Assembly (NCBI RefSeq): GCF_009914755.1
Contig: NC_060934.1
Origin: the human T2T-CHM13v2.0 reference genome, Homo sapiens
DNA: 64,000 bases
Reading direction: 5' to 3' (one strand)
The notes under the pieces are model-generated. The model ran no database searches. It saw only the letters and a program-made list of their open reading frames with translations, and was not told the origin of the DNA. The position numbers and the translations under genes were made by a program. Positions 33,879-47,587 of this stretch are shown here, piece by piece; the first letter of the stretch is position 1, and every line of letters begins with the position of its first letter.

Positions 33879-35209
33879 CGAAAAGTTTAAAAAATTGTTA
33901 CACTCTTGCATGTTTTGTTTTCACCTTTATTTACCTCATCTGTTATCACCTTGAAAAGGTAGTGAATAACTACACTTCTAGTTGCGTGTGTGTTCTTTAT
34001 TGATGGTTGATAAATTATTATGCATTTCTGTGTATAAATGGATTTCATAAAAAATAATTTGTGTGGTCTAAAGATTGGAGAGGTACTAGTAATATTTCTG
34101 GGCCTATGCTTCTGGGAGAAGGGAGAAGTATGATCCTCAAGAGAGAAGCCTAAATTATTAAAGAAAATTAAAAGAATAAAGATAAGTTTTCACAAATTAA
34201 ACGGTAGAATTTGAGGGGACGTTTTTTCATTTTATCAGAAACAGAGACTTGGAAAGGGTTATGTTTGAAAATACTCTGAATATCTATATTTGATTACAGG
34301 AATACTGTTTTGCTTATCAACATTATATTAAAAGTTGTATTCATCCTGTCTTTATCTCAGACTTGTATATTATAGCAGGCTTCAGACTAAACAAACAAGA
34401 TTGTGCTGGTAACTTTGCAAAAATGAAGTTTACTACGGTACTCTTATATGCCAGAAAGTGATGAAATGCTTTGCCCCGAGACTGCAATTGAGCTTGAAAT
34501 ATAGGATGGGTTTTTTGTCTCCTAATTCATAGATCTGGAATAAAATTTATAATCTATAAAGACATCATAATCAGCTAAACCCTGTCTATCCCAAGCATAA
34601 TGGTTTCCTCAGCTCTTAGATCAAGTTGTGTAAGAGACTCTATCTTGGGCAGACATGGTCTTGAGATAGTAGAGGTGGGGAGTTTTTCTGCTTCTGAAAC
34701 ATTATTCTGGCTCTCTATAAATTGTTCACAGCATATAGAAATAGAAGGATTTACTCACTAATGTGGTTTAACACTAACCCCTTTAAGGGGAGTGTTCCTA
34801 CTGTCCATTGAAACTCAAAGTCAAGTCAGTTAATGGATATATCAGGGTATATATCAGGCAATTTTGGCTCTCTCCTTGTCTTTGAAGGAGAAGCTTCTAT
34901 GCTACTGTTCTTTCTTCTTGTCAGTCCCCATATTTTATTTATTTAGGCAGCTATTCAAAGATTCTTGCCACCCTCCCTTTGAATCCAGTCTGATCTTTTC
35001 ACATATTTCCATCCTGGTACACTTCTTTGGTAAATCGCTTTCGCTACAAAACGCAAGGCATCAAAGTGTGGTAGAATACCATTCTGCTGCCAATTCAATG
35101 TGTGACCTGATATTAGCAAACTCTAGGCTTTTTCTATAGCAGAACTTGAAGGACAGAATTCTTGAATTGATCTTAGATTTCTTAAGATTTTCTGGCTTAT
35201 TTCCATGAA

Positions 35210-35730
35210 TTCTTTATTCAAAAAATACTATGTATAATGCAATAGGTATAATTTAGGTTCTTGGTGCATATATCTATATCTATATCTACATCCTAGCCTT
35301 TGAGTTATTTCAGTATAACTGCAGGGGACAAGGGGTAGAAGAGAATTTCATATGTAACTATAATATTGTGTTTTAAGTGCTTTAGTGGAGTTGTGACAGG
35401 GTATGAGAGTACAGTTGAAAGAGTGATTTATTTTTCTCAGAGATGACATGCAAATTGTGTTCCTAAGTGTATTAGTAGGAATTAAGCAGGCAGACAAGAT
35501 GGGGAAAGCCATTCTAGATAGAGGAAATTGAAAAAGCAAACAGGAATGAATAGGATCTGTTTAGCTAATAGGACAGTATATCAAAGATACAGGGTAGATG
35601 GTGAAGGCTCATTAGCCACGAGGCTAGAGAATTGGGTTTTATCTAAAATACTTTTAAATGAGGTACTGAGATATCAAATTTATGTATTAGAAAAATAATT
35701 CTGGAGGGATTATAGGAGCTGAATTAGAAA
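35210..35730 (-). mobile_element. L2 LINE remnant
   Basis: Degenerate L2 motifs (gggaaagccattctagatagaggaaa). Confidence 0.5.
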
Positions 35731-35736
35731 ACAGTA

Positions 35737-36445
35737 ACGATCGAGCAATCCCGCTACTGGACATTTATCCATACAAAAGGAAATCAGTATATCAAGGAGA
35801 CATATGCAACCCCATGTTTATTGCAGAACTATTCACAATAGCCAAGATATGGAATCAGCCTAGGTATCCCAACAACAGATGAATGGGTAAAGAAAATATG
35901 GTATATATACACAAGCATATACTATTCAGCCATAAAAAAGAATGAAATCTTGTCATTTGTGGCAACATGAGTGGAACTGGAGGACATTATGTTAAGTGAA
36001 ATAAGCCAGAAATGGAAAGTTAAACACCACAAGTTCTCACTTACATGTAGGACCCAAAAAAGAAAGTTGATCTCATAGGAGTAAAAAATAGAACAGAGGA
36101 TACTAAAGGCTGGAAAGGGTAGGAGGAAGGTGGTGGTGGGGAGTGCATGTTAGGGAGAGATTTGTTAAAGGATAAAAAATTATAGCTAGATAGAAGGAAT
36201 AAGTTCTAGTGTTTCATACCACTGTTGAATGACCATAGTTACCAATAATATACAGTTTTAAATAGCAAGAAGGAGGATATTGAATATTCCCAACACAAAG
36301 AAATGATACATGTTTGAGATGATGGCTATGGTAATTACCCTGGTCTGATCACAATACATTATATGTATCAAAACATCACTATGTATCCCATAAGTATGTA
36401 AAATTATTATATGTAAATTAAACAAAAAATCTTAAAAAGGTTATA
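35737..36445 (+). mobile_element. L1MA-type 3' fragment (sense)
   Basis: cccatgtttattgcagaactattcacaatagccaagatatgg...gaactggaggacattatgttaagtgaaataagcc; A-rich tail. Confidence 0.85.
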
Positions 36446-37140
36446 AAAAACAGTGGGTTTGAGGACAAGTTTATTAAGATTTTTTAAATAATAATCTATT
36501 CTGATTTGCAAACACATTGGATGATTAGAACTACCTAGAGAATGTGTTAAGAATACATTGGCTCCATACATTGAGTTCTTAATGTCAATTTTGTGTGTTT
36601 TTAATTCTTGTGTTCCTAGCTGGTTCTTTTTCAAATCTGCTGTATCACTTTTTACAGTTTACTGTTCCCTGCTGAAATTTCAAGCTTGGCCTTTATCTCC
36701 TTGAATATAGTAAGTAAAGCTGTTTCATATGTCTGGAAATTCCAGCATCTGGAACTCCTATAGGTCTGCTTATATCAAATATTATTTCTGCTAGTTTTTG
36801 CTAACAGGTGATATCTTATCTCTTTGTGTGCCCAGTTACCTTTGCTTGAGTACTGGATGTGAAAACATATAATATTTGAGACATCATGTATGGAAGACAG
36901 TTTGAAGGCTAACATGATGTCATCCTTCAGAGATTTGATGAATGTTTCTTGGGCATTATATGTGTAGCTTTTGGTCCATTCATGTGAGGCAAAACTCAAG
37001 TGCCAACTCTTTTGATCATTTTTTTAAATTATTAAGTTGTATAAGTTAGTTTGTGGTTGTTAAACCAACTTTGCATTCCAGGAATAAACTATGATCAGTC
37101 ACAGTTATTATTCACCTTGCATATTTCTGGATTAGATCTG

Positions 37141-37232
37141 CATATATATATTTAAATATATGTATTTAAATGCATATATATTTAAATATATGTATTTAAA
37201 TTCATATATATTTAAATATATGTATTTAAATG
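37141..37232. repeat. AT-rich 30-bp minisatellite x3
   Basis: catatatatttaaatatatgtatttaaat(g/t) repeated three times. Confidence 0.92.
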
Positions 37233-38374
37233 TAAAAACTATGGCAGTTGTAGGTTCATAGCAGATTTGAGGAGAAAGTACAGAGAGTTCCATATAACTC
37301 CTGTCCCCACATACACACAACCTCCTTCACTGTCAGCATCCTGCACCACAGTGGATCATTTTTTACAACCAATGAACTTACATTGACACACAGTCACTCA
37401 AAGTCCATAGTTTACAGTATCATTCATTCCCAGTGTTGTACATTTTATGGCTTTGGACAAATGTATAATGACGTGTATCTACCATTGTAGTATTACACAG
37501 CATAGTTTCACTACACTAAAAATTGTGCTGTGTGTATTCATTCTTCCCTCCTCCAATCCCCTGGAAACCACAGATCTTTTTCTTGTCTCCATAGTTTTGC
37601 CTTTTCCAGACTATTATGTAATTGGAACCAGACAGTACTTAGCTGTTTCAGGTTGGTTTCTTTCACTTAGTAATATACATTTATATTTCTTCCATGCCTT
37701 TCCATGGCTTGATAGCTCATTTCTTTTTAGTGCTGAATAATATTCTATTGTCTGGGAACACCACAGTTTATTTACCCATTCACCTACTGAAGGACGTCTT
37801 AGTTGCTTCCAAGTTTTGGCTGTTGTTAATAAGGCTTCTCTAGACTTCTGCGTGCAATTTTTTGTGTGGTTTTATGTTTTCAGTTCATTTTGGTAAATAC
37901 CAAAGGAAGTGATTACTGGATCATAAGAATATGTTTAGTTTTGCAGGAAGGTAGCAAGATATCTTCCAAAGTGGTTGTACCATTGTGCATTTCCAGCAGC
38001 ATTGAATGAGAGTTCCTCTTGTGCCACATTTTCTCCAGTATTTGGTGCTGTCAGTGTTTTGAATTTTGGCCATTCTCATAGCTGTGTGGTGGTGTCTCAT
38101 TGTCTTAATTTGCAGTTCCCTAATGACATATGATGTTGAACATCTCTTCACATGCTTACTTGCCATCTGTATATCTTCTCTGATGATATACAGGTCTTTT
38201 GCTCATGTTAAAATCAGATTGTTCAATTTCTTATTGTTGAGTTTTAAGACTTCTTTGTATATTTTGGATAACAGTCCTTTGTCAGGCATGCCTTTGGCAA
38301 ATACCTTCTTTCTATGGCTTGTCTTTTCACAGAGCAGAAGTTTTAAATTTCAGTGAACTCCAGCTGATCAATTA

Positions 38375-38729
38375 TAGTAGTCTCCCCTTATCACAGTTTC
38401 ACTTTCCACAGTTTTGGTTATCCATGGTCAGCTGCAGTCTGAAAATATTAAAATAAAAATAAAAAATAAAAATATTTTGTGTGCATGTATGTCTGTGTGT
38501 GTGCATATGTGAGTGTGTGAGAGAACACATTCATATAACTTTTATTATAGAATTTTGTTATAATTGCTCTATTTTATTATTGTTAATGTCTTACTGTGTC
38601 TAATTTATAAATTTATAAAGTTTATAAAACATTATCATATGTGTAGGAAAAAAGCACATAGAGGGTTCAGTATCAGGCATCCACTGGGGATCTTAGAACA
38701 TATTTCCCAAGGATAAGGGGGGACTACTG
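38375..38729. mobile_element. MER44A (Tigger7-derived MITE)
   Basis: TIRs tagtagtctccccttatc / gataaggggggactactg with TA target duplications. Confidence 0.85.
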
Positions 38730-39329
38730 TATTTTACTTTTTATTTTTTTGTAGATCATGCCTTTAGTGTTGATCTAAAAAGTCATCACCATACTCAAGG
38801 CCATCTAAATTTTCTGTGTTATCTTCTAGGAGTTATATAGTTTTGTACTTTACATTTAGGTCTGTAAACCATTTTGAGTTAATTTTTGTGATGGATGTAA
38901 GGTCTGTATGTAGATTGATTTTTTTTTCATGTCGATGTCCAGTTGTTCCAGTACCATTTGTTGAAAAGCCTATCTTTGCTCCATTGTATTGCCTTTGCTC
39001 CTTTGTCAAAGATCAGTTGACTATATTTATGTGGGCTTATTTCTGGGATCTCTGTTCTGTTCCATTGATCTATTTGTCTGTTCTTTCACCAATGCCACAC
39101 TGTCTTGATTATTGTAGCCTTCTGGTAAGTCTTGAATTCGAGTAGTGTCAACCCTCTGACTTTGTCTTTCTTCAATATTGAATTGGCTATTCTGGGTCTT
39201 TTGTCTCTCCATGTAACTTTAGACTCAGTTTATCATTCCCAAAATAATTTGCTGAGATTTTGATTGGGATTGTGTTGAATCTATAGATCAAGTTGAGAAA
39301 AGCTGACATCTAAATGACATTGAGTCTTC

Positions 39330-39609
39330 TTTTCTTTTGAGACAGAGTTTTGCTCTTGTTGCCCAGGCTGGAGTGCAGTGGCGCCACCACAACCTCCACC
39401 TCCCAGGTTCGAGCGATTCTCCTGCCTCAGCCTCCTGAGTAGCTGGGATTATAGGCATGTGCCACCATGCCGGGCTAATTTTCTATTTTTAGTAGAGACA
39501 GGGTTTCTCCATGTTTGTCAGGCTGGTCTTGAACTCCTGACCTCAGGTTATCCACCCGCCTCGGCCTCCCAAAGTGCTGAGATTACAGGCGTGAGCCACT
39601 GCGCCCGGC
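39330..39609 (-). mobile_element. AluS in L1MC
   Basis: TSD gagtcttctt. Confidence 0.93.
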
Positions 39610-40710
39610 GAGTCTTCTTAATCATAAACATGGAATATCTCTTCATTTGTTTTGTTCTTCTTTGTTATCTTTCATTAGAGTTTTGTACTTTTCCTCATAC
39701 GGATCTTGCATATGTTTTGTTACACTTATACCTAAGTATTTCATTTTTATGGTAATGTGTTTTACATTTTAAATTTTACTTGTTCATTGCTGTTATATTG
39801 TAAGAAAGTGATTGACTTTTGTACATTAGCCTTCTGTCTTGTAAACTTGCTGTTATTGCTTATTAGTTCCAGAAGTTTTTCTGTTGATTTTTTTGGACTT
39901 TCTCCATAGACAATCATGTCATCTGTAAACAAAGACAATTTTATTTCTTCTTTCCCAATTAGTGTAACTTTTATTTCCTTTTTCTATTGCATTAACTAGG
40001 ACTTCCAGAACAATGTTGAGAAGCAGTGGTGAGCGGGGATATCCTCGCCTTGTTCCTGACCTTAGAGAGACAGCTTCTAGTTTCTCACCATTAAGTATGA
40101 TGTTAGCTATGGGTTTTTTGTAGATGTTCTTTATCAAGTTGAGGAAGTTCCCCTCTATTCCTAGTTTACTGAGAGGTTTTCTCATGAATGGTGTTGGATG
40201 TTGTCAAATGCTTTTCCAACATCTATTGATGTTTTATCATATGATTTTTGTTCTTTAGCCTCTTGATGCAATTGATTAAATTAATTGATTTTTTTTTTTT
40301 AAACATTGAGCCAGTTGTGCATACCTAGGATAAATCCCACTTGGTCATGGTATAGAATTCTTTTTATACATTGTTGGATTAGATTTGCTAATATTTTCTT
40401 GAGGAATTTTTGCATTTATGTTTATAAGAGATATTGGTCTGTACGTTTCTTTTTTAGTAATGCCTTTGTCTAGTTTTGGTATTAGAGTAATGCTGGCTTC
40501 AGATAATGAGTGAGGAAGTATTTCCTCTCCATCTGTCTTGTGGAAGAGATTATAGATAATTGATACAATTTCTTCCTTAAATATTTGGTAGAATTCATCA
40601 GTGAACCCATCTGGGTCTGTGCTTTCTGTTTTGGAAGATTATTAATTATTGATTCAGTTTCTTCTTATGTTAGTTTGGGTATATTTCAAGGAATTGGTTC
40701 ATTTCATTCA

Positions 40711-41062
<352 letters not shown>

Positions 41063-42176
41063 AGAATTGTTCATAATACTTATTCATTATCCTTTTTAAT
41101 GTCCTTGGGCTCTGTAGTGATGTCTCTACTTTCATTTCTGATATTAGTAATTTGTGTCTTTTTTGTTTTCTCTTAGTTATCATGGCAAGAGGATTATAAA
41201 TTTTATTGATCTTTTTAAAGAACTGTTAGCTTTTGGTTTTGTTGATTTTTCTCTACTGACTTCCTGTTTTCAATTTTATTGATTCCTGCTCTTTATTTTT
41301 TTCTGCTTACTTTGTAATTAATTTGCTTGAATTTTTCTTGTTTCTTAAGGTGGAAGCTTAGATGATTGATTTTAGATCTTTCTTCTTTTCTCATGTATTC
41401 ATTCAAAGCAATACTTTTGCCTCTAATACTGTATTTGCTGCATCTCACAAATTTTCATAAGTTGTATTTTCATTTTCATATAGTTAAAAATATTTTAAAA
41501 TTACCCTTAAGATTTCTTCTTTGACACATGTGTTATTTAGAAGTGTGTTGTTTAATCTCCAAGTATTTGGGGATTTTTCAGCTATCTATCTCTGTCAATT
41601 TCTAGTTTAATTTAATTGAGATCTGAGAGCAGACATTTTATGATTTCTGTTATTTTAAACTTGTTAAGGTGTAGTTTATGACCTAGAATGTAGTCTGTAT
41701 TGGTGAATGTTCCATGTTAGCTTGAGAAGAATGTTTCCTCTGCTGTTGTTGGATGCGGTAGTCTACAGATGTCAATTACATCCAGTTGACTGATGGTACT
41801 GTTGTTAAGCTATGTCCTTACTGATTTTCTGACTGCTGGATCTGTCCATTTCTGATAGAGGCATTAAAGTTTTCCAGTGTAATAGTAGATTCATCTATTA
41901 CTCCTTGTAGTTCTATCCGTTTTTGCCTCATGTATCTTGACCACTCTGTTTTTAGTTGCATATATGATAAGGATTTTTGTGTCTTCTTGGATTACTAACC
42001 CCTTTATTATGTAATGCCCCTCTTTATTCCTGATAACTTTCCTTGCTCCGAAGTCTGCTCTGTCTGAGATTACTATAGCTACTCTTGTTATCTTTGATTA
42101 GCATTGGCATGGTATATCTTTCTCCATCCCTTTTTAAAAAATCTATATGTGCCTTTATACTTAAAGTGGGGTTTTT

Positions 42177-42428
42177 AAAATTTTAACCTAATTTAATTTA
42201 ATTTTACTTTAAGTTCCAGGATACATGTGCTGACCTTGCAGGTTTGTTACGTAGGTATGCATGTGCCATGGTTGTTTGCTGCACCTATCAACCTGTCATT
42301 TATGTTTTAAGCCCCACATGCATTAGGTATTTGTCCTAATGCTCTCCCTCCCCTTGTCTCCCCACCCCCTGACAGGCCCCTGTGTGTGTTGTTCTTCTCC
42401 CTGTATCCATGTGTTCTCATTGTTCAAC
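42177..42428 (-). mobile_element. 5'-truncated L1PA 3' end nested in L1MC
   Basis: L1PA 3' UTR sequence; TSD acttaaagtggg(g)ttttt on both sides. Confidence 0.88.
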
Positions 42429-42504
42429 TTAAAGTGGGTTTTTTTGTAGGCAACACATGGCTGGGTCTTCTTTTGTAATACACTTTGGCAGTCTCTGTTT
42501 CTTC

Positions 42505-42679
42505 ATTTGTTTGTTTGTTTTGTTTTATTTTTGAGACAGAATCTTGCTCTGTTGCCTAGGCTGGAATGCAGTGGTGTAATCATAGCTCACTGCATCCTCA
42601 AACTCTTGGCCTCAAATGGTCCTCCTGCTATGGCCTCCAAAAGTGCTGGGATTACAGGCATGAGCCACCATGCTTGGCC
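42505..42679 (-). mobile_element. Alu monomer or internally deleted AluJ
   Basis: TSD tctctgt. Confidence 0.82.
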
Positions 42680-43156
42680 TCTCTGTGTTTTAATTGGTGC
42701 ATTTAGACCATTGATATTTAAAGTGATTATTGATACAGTTGGATTATTATCTCTCATTTCTGTTACTGTTTGTTAGTTGTTGCCTTTATAATTTGTTTCC
42801 AGTTTTGTCTTCCACATCTTTTCAGTCTTTAGTTTTAATTGAACATCTTATATGATTCCATTTTCTCCCATTTCTTAGCATATCAGTTATACTTCTTTTT
42901 TTAAAACTTTTTTTAGTGGTTGTCCTGGAGTTTGCAGTATGTATTTATAGCTAAGCCAACTCCACTTTCAGGCAACACTATACCTGAAAGTGGAGTTTCA
43001 TGTGTAATGCAAATACCTTATAACAACAAAACATTCCTAATTCCTTCTGCCCATCCCTTTTATTACTGCCATTCGTTTTACTCACATATGAGCATATGCA
43101 CACATGAGCATACATAATTGAACACATTATTGATGTTATTATTTTGAGTAAACTGT

Positions 43157-43562
43157 TGCTATGGTTTGATTGTTTATCCCCTCTAAAATTTATGGTGAAA
43201 GGCAATTCCCACTGTGGCAATATTGAGAGAGGGGGCCTTTAAGAGGTGATTGATTCTTTAAGAGGATTAATCTATTTTATAGGATTAATCCATTAATGGA
43301 TTAATGGATTATTGGATTATCATAGGAATGGGCCTAGTGACTTTATAAGAAGAGGAAAGCAAGATCTGAGCTAGCATGCTTAGCCCCTCACCGCATGATG
43401 CTCTGCACCACCTCAGGATTCTATAGAGCGTCCCCATCAGCAAGAGGGCTCTCATTAGATGTAGCCCCTTGACCTTGTTCCTCTCATCCTCTGTAACTGT
43501 AAGAAATAAATTCTTTTGAATTTTAGGTATTCTGTTATAAGCAACAGAAAATAGACTAAGAA
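43157..43562 (+). mobile_element. MST-type (MSTC-like) MaLR solo LTR
   Basis: tgctatggtttg...gttataagcaacagaaaatagactaaga. Confidence 0.85.
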
Positions 43563-43631
43563 AACTTTTTTTCTGTTAGATCAATTAAGAATAAGAAAAA
43601 TTCTTGACCAGCCTGACCAACATGGTGAAAC

Positions 43632-45129
43632 TGTGTCTGGAATTGGTGGGTTCTTGGTCTCGCTGAGTTCAAGAATGAAGCCACGGACCCACGTGGTGAG
43701 TGTTACAGTTCTTAAAGATGGTGTGTCCGGAATTTGCTCCTTCTGATGTTTGGATGTGTCTGAGTTTCTTCCTTTTGGTGGGTTCGCGGTCTCGCTGGCT
43801 TCAGGGGTGAAGCTGTAGACCTTCATGGTGAGTGTTATAGCTCTTAAAGGTGGTGCGTCTGGAGTTGTTCGTTCCTTCCATCTGGAGTTGTTCGTACCTT
43901 CCATCTGGAGTTGTTCGTCCCTCCCCATGGGTTCATGGTCTTGCTGCCTTCAGGAGTGAAGCTGCAGACCTTTGCAGTGAGTGTTACAGCTCATAAAGGC
44001 AGCGCAGACCCAAAGAATGAGCAGCAGCAAGATTTATTGCGAAGAGTGAAAAAACAAAGCTTCCACAGCGTGGAAGGGGACCCAAGCGGGTTGGCGTTGT
44101 TGGCTCAGGTGGCCTGCTTTTATTTCTTTATCTGGCCCCACCCGCAGCCTACTGATTGGTCCATTTTACAGAGAGCTGATTGGTCCATTTTACAGAGAGC
44201 TGATTGGTCCATTTTGACAGGGTGCTGATTGGTGCATTTACAAACCTTGAGCTAGACACAGAGTGCTGATTGGTGCATTTACAATCCTTTAGCTAGACAC
44301 AAAAGTTCGCCAAGTCCCCACTAGATTAACTAGACACAGAGCAGTGATTGGTGCATTTACAAACCTTGAACTAGACACAAGGTGCTGATTGGTGCATTTA
44401 CAAACCCTGAGCTAGACACAGGGTGCTGATTGGTGCATTTACAAACCTTTAGCTAGACATAAAAGTTCTCCAAGTCCCCACCCGACTCAAGAGCCCAGCT
44501 GGCTTCGCCTAGCGGATCCTGTGCTGGGGCTGCGGGTGGAGCTGCCCGCCAGTACCGCGCTGTGCGCCCGCATTCCTCAGCCCTTGGATGGTAGATGGGA
44601 CCTTGCGCCATGGAGCAGGCGGCGGTGCCCGTCGGGGAGGCTCGGGCCGCGCAGGAGCCCACCAGGGGGGTTGGGGGGAGCTCGGGCATGGCAGACTGCA
44701 GGTCCTGAGCCCTGCCCCGTGGGGAGGTGGCTGAGGCCCAGCGAGAATTTGAGTGCGGCACGGGCAGGCTGGCAGTGCTGGGGGACCCGGCACACCCTCT
44801 GCAGCTGCTGGCCTGGGTGCTAAGCCCCTCACTGCCCGGGGCCAGTGGCACCGGCCAGCAGCTCCAAGTGTGGGGCTTGCCGAGCCCGCACCCACCCGGA
44901 ACTTGCACTGGCCCGTGAGTGCCGCACGCAGCCACGGTTCCTGCCTGCACCTCTCACTCCACACCTCCTGGCAAGTAGAGGGAGCCAGCTCTGGCCTCAG
45001 CCTGCCCAGAGAGGGGCTCCCACAGTGCAGCAGTGGGCTGAAGGGCTTCTCAAGCGCAGCCAGAGCGGACACAGAGGCTGAGGAGGCACCGAGAGTGAGC
45101 AAGGGCTGCCAGCACGTTGTCATCTCTCA
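43632..45129 (-). mobile_element. LTR12-family (ERV9/HERV9) solo LTR, about 1.5 kb, inserted in an Alu
   Basis: Minus strand starts TGAGAGATGACAACGTGCTGGCAGCCC and ends CCCACCAATTCCAGACACA. It has a GC-rich U3, 8 CCAAT repeats, an AATAAAA TATA-like box, an AATAAA polyA signal and U5 tandem repeats. Alu sequence resumes on both sides. Confidence 0.95.
44118..44435 (-). promoter_or_regulatory. LTR12 promoter/enhancer core: 8 CCAAT (NF-Y) boxes plus TATA-like AATAAAA, antisense to TBC1D12
   Basis: ATTGG on + at 44155, 44179, 44203, 44228, 44269, 44347, 44388 and 44429; ttttatt at 44118-44124. Confidence 0.75.
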
Positions 45130-45345
<216 letters not shown>

Positions 45346-47338
45346 TCAGAAGAAATTCTTTTAACATTTTTTGCAAGGCAAGTCTCCTGGCAAACAAATG
45401 CCTTAATAATTGTCCCAGAAAGTTTTTTTCCTTCACTTTTGAAGGATAACTTTGTAGGGTACAGAATTCTAGGTTTGCAATTTTTTTTCTCTTGGCACTT
45501 TAAATATTTCACTCCACTCTTTACTTGCATTTCTGAGGATAAGTTCATATCTTTGCTCCTATAGGTAGCATGTTTTTACCTCTGCTGCCTTTGAAGATTT
45601 TTTGATTTTATTTTCTGAAATTTGAATATGATATGGCTAGAAGTAGTTTTTTTTTTTTTTAATGTTTATCCTATTTGATGTTCTCTGAGCTTCCTGGATC
45701 TTTGATTTGGTGTTGACATTAATTTGGGGGAAATTCTCAGTCCATATTGCTTTAGATATTTCTTCTTCCTTCTCTCTGTCTCTCTTTTCCTCCCCTCTCT
45801 CTTGTCCGTTATAGTTTTCCCAGTGTTCTTGGATATTCTGTACTTTTTTTCCCAGTCTTTTTTCTCTTTGCTTTTCAGTTTTGAAAGTTCTGTTGTCATA
45901 TCCTCAAGTTCAGAGATTCTGTCTCAGCCATGTCCAATTTACTAATCAGCCCATCAAAGGAATTCTTTATTTCTGTTCCAGTTTTTTTAATCTTTAGTAT
46001 TTCTTTTTGATTATTTCTTAAATTTTTCATCTCTTACATTATTCTTGCATGTTGTCTACTTTTTCCATTGAAGCCTTTAGTGCATAGTTCTCTTTAAAAC
46101 GAATTCTGGTTTGATAATTCCAACATTCCTATCATATCTGACTCTGGTTCTAATGCTTGTTTAATCTCTTTAGACTGTGGTTTTTACCATTTAGTATGCC
46201 ATATAAGTTTTGCTGAAAGGTAGATATAAATGTGGTGGGTAAAAGGAACTGGTAAATAGGACTTTAGTAAGGTAGTGGTAAGGTGTGGGAAAAGGGGAAG
46301 CATTCTATAGTCCTATGATTGGGTCTTAATCTTTTGGTGAACCTGTACCTCTGAATGGTACGCTTCATAGTGCTTCTCAGTTTTGTTTTTTTTCCCCCTT
46401 TGACAGGACAGAATGGACAGAGGGAGCTGGAGTTGTGTATTTCCCTTCCCCTAGTTAGGTTAGAGCAGGTTAGGCTCTGGTAAAAAAGTTTCTCCTGAGG
46501 GCAGACCTTGTTAAGAACAGAATGTAAAGGACTATTTCAAAATAATTACTTTTCCTCTCCTGCTGAAAGCACAAGGGGATTTCTTCCCCACAGTACTCAG
46601 TCTGAGGACCTGGTAGAGTTCCTGGAAATAAAACTCACGAAAGTGTATGCAACTGGGTCCTCCTGGAGTTTTGTTTAATTTTTAATTTTTTTTCCTTTTT
46701 TAAATAGCTGCCTACCCCCTGGAGTTCTAACACTCAGACTTGTCCACACTCAGCCTCTATCAGTTTGTCAATTACAGTTTATGTTTTCCTACTGCAGCAC
46801 TGCCAGAGGTTTCAGCTTCTGGGTTTCTGCTCTGCTAAGTTGTGATTCTTCTTTATGTGTTTGTTTCTGCAGTTTTGGGGCAGTGGTTTGCTCTGTGGCT
46901 TCATGTCTTTGGTGAATCTAAGAATAATTATTAATTTTTCAGTTTGCTTAGGTTTTTACTTGTTAGGATGCAGTGGCAACTTCTTGAACTCCTGGCCTCA
47001 AAAGATCCTCCCACCTTGACCCCCACAAAATGTTGGGATTATAGGCGTGAGCCACCACACCTGTCCTGGAATGGCAATTTCTAAGCTGTGTACAGGCTGG
47101 AGTGGAAATCCAGAAGTCAGTTTGCTAATACTATGTTAGGGATTTTTGCTTCTATATTCATGAGGGATGTCAGTCTATAATTTTCTTTTAATGCTTTTGT
47201 CAGATTCTGGTATTGGGATAATACAATCATCATTTAGTAAGTTGAGGATTGTTTCTATTTTCTGAAATTATTTGTGTAGAATTGGTGTTATTTCTTCCTT
47301 GAATGTTTGACAGAATTTACCAGTGAAATAATTTAAGC

Positions 47339-47587
47339 CAAGGTTTCTCAACCTCAGCACTTTTGACATTTTAGGTCATGTAAATATTACATAGTACATA
47401 TTTACATGACCTAAATGTAAATATTGTGAGGGGCTTTCCTGTGAAATACAGGATATTTAGTAGTACCCCTGGCCTCTAGGAATTCCAGTAGTAATCCCCT
47501 TTCACTTCTCATTGTGACAACTGAAATGTCTTAGACATTGTCAGATGTCCTTAAGGGGGCAAAGTCAACCCCAGTTGAGAATTACTG
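47339..47587. mobile_element. MER20 with internal inverted duplication
   Basis: ggtttctcaacctcagcact...gacattgtcagatgtcc...ccccagttgagaattactg. Confidence 0.85.

Noticed and set aside
39919-40185. Reverse-transcriptase-like peptide
   Set aside because: Fragment of a dead L1MC ORF2 with stops and frameshifts on both sides; not an independent gene.
44150-44460. Regularly spaced repeats resembling a CRISPR-like array
   Set aside because: These are the known tandem CCAAT enhancer units of LTR12; the intervening sequences are repeated, not unique spacers.
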